From: an uncultured Bacilli bacterium
GTDB taxonomy: Bacteria; Bacillota_I; Bacilli_A; RF39; UBA660
Assembly (NCBI GenBank): GCA_934086775.1
Contig: CAKOIJ010000002.1
Location: forward strand, 1-61,878
DNA: 61,878 bases
Direction of reading: 5' to 3'
In this document: positions 57,123 to 61,878 of the stretch, one piece after another
How positions within the stretch are numbered: position 1 is the stretch's first letter
Layout: each line of letters starts with the position of its first letter
Program-made: the position numbers and the translations under genes
The notes under the pieces: model-generated
The model's input: only the letters and a program-made list of their open reading frames with translations
Databases searched by the model: none
Told to the model about the DNA's origin: nothing

Positions 57123-57488
57123 ATGGCACGTATTAAAAATATTGATTTACCAAAAGACAAAAGAATAGTTATAGGATTAACTTATATCTATGGAATTGGT
57201 CCTTCAAGAGCTAAGAAAATCTGTGAAGTGGCTAATGTAAGTGAAGACATCAGAGTTAAAGACTTAACAAATGAACAAGTTAACGAATTAAGAAAAGCAT
57301 GTGATGCTTATGTATTAGTTGGTGACTTAAAACGTGAAGTTGAAATGAACATTAAAACAAAAATGGAAATCAACTCATATCAAGGTACTAGACACAAAAA
57401 AGGTCTTCCAGTAAGAGGACAAAGAACAAATAGAAATGCTAGAACTCGTAAAGGTAAAGCTAAAACAATAGCAAATAAGAAGAAATAG
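57123..57488 (+). CDS. rpsM: 30S ribosomal protein S13
   Basis: [10 protein letters not shown], gene order. Confidence 0.97.
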   Translation: MARIKNIDLPKDKRIVIGLTYIYGIGPSRAKKICEVANVSEDIRVKDLTNEQVNELRKACDAYVLVGDLKREVEMNIKTKMEINSYQGTRHKKGLPVRGQRTNRNARTRKGKAKTIANKKK

Positions 57489-57500
57489 GAGGTTAATATA

Positions 57501-57884
57501 ATGGCATATAATAGAAGAAAAAGAAAAGTCAAGAAGGATATTACTACTGGTGAATGTCATATACATGCAACATATAATAACACTATAGTAACTATCACAG
57601 ATGAAGAAGGTGGAGTAATTAGTTGGGCTTCAAGTGGATCTATTGGATACAAAGGAAGCAAAAAGAAAACTCCATTTGCAGCAGGACAATCAGCAGAAGC
57701 TGCAGGAAAAGCTGCATACGATATGGGACTTAGAAAAGTAGCTGTATTCGTAAAAGGTATAGGTGGAGGAAGAGAAACAGCTATCCGTTCTTTAGGAACT
57801 GCTGGACTTGAAGTAACATCAATTACAGATGTAACACCAATACCACATAACGGTTGTAGACCACCTAAGAGAAGACGTGTTTAG
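57501..57884 (+). CDS. rpsK: 30S ribosomal protein S11
   Basis: [15 protein letters not shown] motif. Confidence 0.97.
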   Translation: MAYNRRKRKVKKDITTGECHIHATYNNTIVTITDEEGGVISWASSGSIGYKGSKKKTPFAAGQSAEAAGKAAYDMGLRKVAVFVKGIGGGRETAIRSLGTAGLEVTSITDVTPIPHNGCRPPKRRRV

Positions 57885-57899
57885 GAAAGGGGAATTATT

Positions 57900-58850
57900 A
57901 TGTTAAGATTTGAAAAACCAGATTATAAAGTTGTAGAATATGATGAAAACAATTTTTATGGAAAATTTGTGCTTGAACCATTAGAAAGAGGTTTCGGTAC
58001 AACAATTGGTAATGCTTTAAGAAGAGTTATGTTGTCGAGCCTACCAGGAAGTGCGGTTAAATCAATCAAAATAGATGGAGTACTTCATGAATTTCAAAAA
58101 ATAGACGGAGTTAGAGAAGACGTAACTGAAATCGTTCTTAATCTAAAAAAACTAGTATTAAAGAAATTTACAGAAGAAGACAAAAAACTATATTTAAAAG
58201 CAGATAAAGAAGGAGCAGTAACTGCTGGAGACATAGCTCCAGACTCTGATGTTGAGGTAGTTAACAAAGATTTAGTAATTTGTAACTTATCAAAAGGTGG
58301 AAGCATAAATATGGAGATCGTTGTATCTAACGGTCGTGGATATGTGGATGCTAAAATAAATAGAAAAGAAATGAAAAACATCGAAGTTGGTGTAATACCA
58401 GTTGACTCTCTTTATAGTCCAATTGAAAGAATAAGTTATGAAGTAGAGCCAGCACGTGTTGGACAAAGTGAAAACTATGATAAATTAGTTATGGAAGTGT
58501 ACACTAATGGTGCAACTACTCCAGAAGAAGCAATCGCTTTAGCTAGTAGAATATTAATGGAACACTTTGACATCTTAACAAAACTTAACAAAATAGCTGA
58601 TATGACAGGTCTTTTATCTGACAAAGAAGAAGATCCAATTCAAAAAACATTAGAAACACCAATAGAAGAATTAGACCTTTCTGTAAGAGCATACAATTGC
58701 CTTAAAAGAGCAGGACACCATACATTACAAGATTTAACATCTTTAAGCGAAGGTGAAATGATGAAAATAAGAAATCTAGGCAAAAAATCATTAAAAGAAG
58801 TAATAGATAAAATAAAAGATATGGGACTAAAGTTCCGTGATGAAGATTAG
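57900..58850 (+). CDS. rpoA: DNA-directed RNA polymerase alpha subunit
   Basis: LERGFGTTIGNALRRVMLSS and C-terminal LDLSVRAYNCLKRAG. Confidence 0.97.
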   Translation: MLRFEKPDYKVVEYDENNFYGKFVLEPLERGFGTTIGNALRRVMLSSLPGSAVKSIKIDGVLHEFQKIDGVREDVTEIVLNLKKLVLKKFTEEDKKLYLKADKEGAVTAGDIAPDSDVEVVNKDLVICNLSKGGSINMEIVVSNGRGYVDAKINRKEMKNIEVGVIPVDSLYSPIERISYEVEPARVGQSENYDKLVMEVYTNGATTPEEAIALASRILMEHFDILTKLNKIADMTGLLSDKEEDPIQKTLETPIEELDLSVRAYNCLKRAGHHTLQDLTSLSEGEMMKIRNLGKKSLKEVIDKIKDMGLKFRDED

Positions 58851-58859
58851 GAGGTACTT

Positions 58860-59204
58860 ATGGCATTATATAGAAAATTAAACAGAGATACTAAAAAAAG
58901 AAGAAGTATCCTATCTGGTTTAACAAAAACTGTATTAACAAATGGAAAAGTAGAAACAACGGAAGAAAGAGCTAAAGAAGCAAGAAAATACGTTGAAAAA
59001 ATGATTACTTATGCAAAAAAAGGCGATCTAATGTCTAGAAGAAAAGCTTTAGCATTTCTAGAAAACGACACCGAAACTGTTAAATACTTATTTGATACAC
59101 TAGCACCAAAATATGCTGAAAGAAATGGTGGCTACACTAGAATAATCAAACTAACTGAAAGAAGAGGAGACGATGCTTTAATAGTTAGTTTAGAATTAGT
59201 ATAA
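58860..59204 (+). CDS. rplQ: 50S ribosomal protein L17
   Basis: Size, GGYTRI motif, gene order. Confidence 0.95.
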   Translation: MALYRKLNRDTKKRRSILSGLTKTVLTNGKVETTEERAKEARKYVEKMITYAKKGDLMSRRKALAFLENDTETVKYLFDTLAPKYAERNGGYTRIIKLTERRGDDALIVSLELV

Positions 59205-59211
59205 TTAAATT

Positions 59212-59234
59212 CTCTAGGAAACTAGAGTTTTTTT
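59212..59234 (+). terminator. Intrinsic terminator ending the alpha operon
   Basis: ctctag-gaaa-ctagag stem followed by ttttttt. Confidence 0.65.
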
Positions 59235-59338
59235 AAATTAAAATAAAGAACACTGTAAAACTTCATGAAAATTAAAAAGAATTACTTTAATAAAAAAGTA
59301 AATTATGATATTATTATATATAGAAAATAGGTGATAAT

Positions 59339-60520
59339 ATGAAAGACAAAAAAATAAATAAACAAAAAGATAAAAAGAAAAATAGAACAGCAACTTTTAA
59401 TTTAATAGAAGTGATAATCATAATTATAATGACGAGTTTAATTGTAGGGGTATCTACAGGAGTGGTAGTTTATAAAAATTATAATGAAATAGATAAACGA
59501 ACTAGTAAGGATGAAGACAAAGACTATTTAAAGGAACTTGAAACAGCATATAAAAACATATTAAATAGTTACGTTGAAAAAGTTGATGAAAAAGCACTAA
59601 CAAATGCGGCCATAGAAGCAATGTATAGACATCTAGGAGACCCATACACTAGTTATCTAGACCAAGATACTACTAGTGACCTAATGGACCGTTTAAATGG
59701 TGAATATAGTGGTATAGGAGTGGAAATTCAGAAAATAGATGAAGGAGTGCTGGTTACTAATATTTTTGATAACAGCCCTGCAGAAAAGGCTGGGATGCTT
59801 ATTGGTGACCTAATAATTAAAATAAATGGCGAAGATGTAAGAAATAATACGGTGAAAGAAGTATCCGAAAAAATAAAGACAAAAGAACCAGTAAGAATCA
59901 CAGTTTATAGGAGTGGAATAGAAAAAGAAATTACAACAAAAGCTCAAAATGTAACAATAACATCAGTTATTAAAAACAATTATGAAGGTGTAGGATACAT
60001 AAAAATATCAACATTCTCAAATAATACATATACTCAATTTAAGGCAGCACTAGAAAGCCTAGAAAATGAGGGAATTAACAGTCTAGTAATTGACGTAAGA
60101 AATAATGGTGGTGGTTACTTAAGCCCAGCTGTAGAGATAGCAGAATTGTTTATAACAAAAGGAAAAAATATATATGGTTTAGAGTCAAAAGAAACAAAAG
60201 AAATGTATAAAGACAAAACAAACGATAAACGAGATTACAAAATAGTTATTCTTACTAACAGTGCTACCGCATCTGCTTCAGAAATTTTAACTGCGGCACT
60301 CAAAGAGAGTTATGGTGCCATAATAGTTGGAACAACAACATATGGAAAAGGGACTGTACAAGAAACTAGTACACTTGAGTCTGGCGGAATGGTAAAATAT
60401 ACTACGGCATACTGGTTAACCCCTGACGGAAATAAGATAAATGGAATAGGAATAAAACCTGATTTTGAAATTGACGGAGAAGAAAATCAATTCACAGAAG
60501 CAATAAACAGAGCAAAATAA
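59339..60520 (+). CDS. S41-family C-terminal processing peptidase (PDZ-containing)
   Basis: TM anchor, PDZ (SPAEKAGMLIGDLIIKING), RNNGGGY and SATASASE catalytic contexts. Confidence 0.85.
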   Translation: MKDKKINKQKDKKKNRTATFNLIEVIIIIIMTSLIVGVSTGVVVYKNYNEIDKRTSKDEDKDYLKELETAYKNILNSYVEKVDEKALTNAAIEAMYRHLGDPYTSYLDQDTTSDLMDRLNGEYSGIGVEIQKIDEGVLVTNIFDNSPAEKAGMLIGDLIIKINGEDVRNNTVKEVSEKIKTKEPVRITVYRSGIEKEITTKAQNVTITSVIKNNYEGVGYIKISTFSNNTYTQFKAALESLENEGINSLVIDVRNNGGGYLSPAVEIAELFITKGKNIYGLESKETKEMYKDKTNDKRDYKIVILTNSATASASEILTAALKESYGAIIVGTTTYGKGTVQETSTLESGGMVKYTTAYWLTPDGNKINGIGIKPDFEIDGEENQFTEAINRAK

Positions 60521-60538
60521 TAGCTCTGTTTATTTTTT
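60505..60538 (+). terminator. Intrinsic terminator
   Basis: aaacagagc / gctctgttt stem followed by attttttat. Confidence 0.65.
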
Positions 60539-60603
60539 ATTAAGAAAATATATATTATTTTAAAAAAATATGATATAATTATAACTAGTGAAAGAGGTTA
60601 CCT

Positions 60604-61128
60604 ATGAAATTAGAAATTGGTGACGTAATCAAGATTCACTGTTATAAACACAATGGGATGATTTATAAAACATGGGATAAAGCTGTAGTGTTAGGAATTA
60701 CAGAAGATTACTTGGTTTTAGGAAACAACAATGTTTTAGTAACAAAAAAAGATGGTAGAAGTTGGCATACAAAGGAACCGGCAATAATGTTCTTTTATAA
60801 GGATAGATGGTTCAATATTATAGCCCAGCTCAAAAATAACGGATTATTTTACTACTGTAACATAGCAAGTCCGTATGTAATTGATAATGGTGTGATCAAA
60901 TATATTGATTACGACTTGGATTTAAGAGTATTTCCAGATGGAGCCTTCAGAGTACTTGATAGAAACGAATATAACTATCATAAAAAACTTATGAAATATC
61001 CGTATGAAATTAACGAAATTATAAAATATGAATTAACGTCGTTAATAGAAATGAAGAGGAAAGAAGTTAGACCATTTAATAAAGAAATAGTAGATTATTA
61101 TTTTAGAATCTATCAAAAGATTAAATAA
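60604..61128 (+). CDS. DUF402-family protein (nucleoside tri/diphosphatase-like)
   Basis: IKIHCYKHNGMIYKTWDKAVVL ... YIDYDLDL pattern typical of the DUF402 / UPF0374 family. Confidence 0.7.
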   Translation: MKLEIGDVIKIHCYKHNGMIYKTWDKAVVLGITEDYLVLGNNNVLVTKKDGRSWHTKEPAIMFFYKDRWFNIIAQLKNNGLFYYCNIASPYVIDNGVIKYIDYDLDLRVFPDGAFRVLDRNEYNYHKKLMKYPYEINEIIKYELTSLIEMKRKEVRPFNKEIVDYYFRIYQKIK

Positions 61129-61246
61129 ATAGTAATCTTTTTTCTTTTTTAAGCATATATTAAACTGTGATATAAGTGGCCAAGATACTAAAAATAGAGA
61201 AAATTAAATTTTTTTTAACAAAATTCAATTTTTTTTCAAAAAAGAC

Positions 61247-61275
61247 TTGCAATGTCGAAAAAATGGTGGTAATAT
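61247..61275 (+). promoter_or_regulatory. rRNA operon promoter candidate P1
   Basis: TTGCAA-17-TAATAT with TGg (extended -10). The spacer carries TGTCGAA. Confidence 0.5.
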
Positions 61276-61380
61276 ATTACCCGTTGGTTGCAAAAAGCCA
61301 ACAAAAATACTCAGAAAAAACAGTATTTGACACTATTTGTCGAATAATGTAAAAAAAGTTAAAAAAATTAAAAAAAAGTG

Positions 61381-61409
61381 TTGACTTTAAGTTCTGAGTT
61401 TGATATATT
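61381..61409 (+). promoter_or_regulatory. rRNA operon promoter candidate P2
   Basis: TTGACT-17-TATATT preceded by long A tracts (UP-element-like). Confidence 0.55.
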
Positions 61410-61529
61410 ATATAAGCAACCACGAAAAGTAGTAAAAAACTGGTTGTGAAATGATCTTTGAAAACTAAGTAAAATGAATGAGTTTTAGTTAGGATATAAA
61501 CGAAATCAATTCCAAAATCGAATAGATTT

Positions 61530-61878
61530 TTTATTGAGAGTTTGATCCTGGCTCAGGATTAACGCTGGCGGCATGCCTAAGACATGCAAGTCGAACGGAA
61601 CACCCCACTGAAATCTGAATGAAGTCTGAGAGCTTGCTCAAAGATGGAATGACGGTGGACGTGGATTCTGTGTTCAGTGGCGAACGGGTGAGTAACACGT
61701 GGGTTACCTGCCTCTAAGTTGGGGACAACAGTTGGAAACGACTGCTAATACCGAATGTGATAGAAATATTAAAGGAGCCTTAAAGCTTCGCTTAGAGATG
61801 GGCCTGCGGCGTATTAGCTTGTTGGTGGGGTAATGGCCTACCAAGGCAACGATGCGTAGCCGGACTGAGAGGTTGAAC
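61530..61878 (+). rRNA. rrs: 16S ribosomal RNA, 5' ~350 nt (runs off the window)
   Basis: TTATTGAGAGTTTGATCCTGGCTCAG 5' end, GTCGAACGG, GGCGAACGGGTGAGTAACACGTGGG, GGAAACGACTGCTAATACCG. Confidence 0.97.

Noticed and set aside
61200-61400. Long A/T homopolymer runs upstream of the 16S gene as a repeat element
   Set aside because: They are better explained as UP-element-like A tracts of rRNA promoters. No repeat unit or inverted termini are present.

Overview
Strongly AT-rich, standard-code (TGA is used as a stop, e.g. the ftsE/ftsX ATGA overlap) chromosomal window from a low-GC Bacillota-type organism that encodes Spo0A. Most of it is core genome. It contains rplI-dnaB, a cell-division and wall block (LysM/G5/M23 peptidase, yycJ-like, rlmH, ftsEX plus a coiled-coil M23 peptidase, whiA) and clpP. 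It also has a glycolytic block (gap-pgk-tpiA-[spo0A]-gpmI) and an unusual run of four aminoacyl-tRNA synthetase genes (metG, thrS, asnS, leuS), two of them behind T-box leaders. tlyA, the complete S10-spc-alpha ribosomal protein cluster (rpsJ to rplQ, no rpmD), an S41 protease, a DUF402 protein and the first ~350 nt of a 16S rRNA gene complete the core. The clearly accessory part is 33.0-42.4 kb. A long structured leader (a twice-repeated covarying hairpin, each copy followed by its own intrinsic terminator) precedes a tightly packed operon: QueC-like PP-loop enzyme, YhhQ/Vut-type 7-deazaguanine precursor transporter, GT2 glycosyltransferase, NodU/CmcH-type carbamoyltransferase and a FemAB-like transferase. 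Three separately promoted genes follow: two divergent Erm/KsgA-family rRNA adenine methyltransferase paralogs and an adenylate-forming ligase. I consider this the best candidate for an undescribed system (a modified 7-deazapurine pathway with possible ribosome-protecting methyltransferases), but its function is inference only. A second candidate signal is a diversity-generating-retroelement-like variable-region codon signature at the C-termini of two paralogous secreted lectin-fold-like proteins; no reverse transcriptase or template repeat is visible here. No CRISPR array, integrase, transposase or tRNA gene was recognised. All coordinates and motif calls come from reading the sequence by eye and no database search was run.
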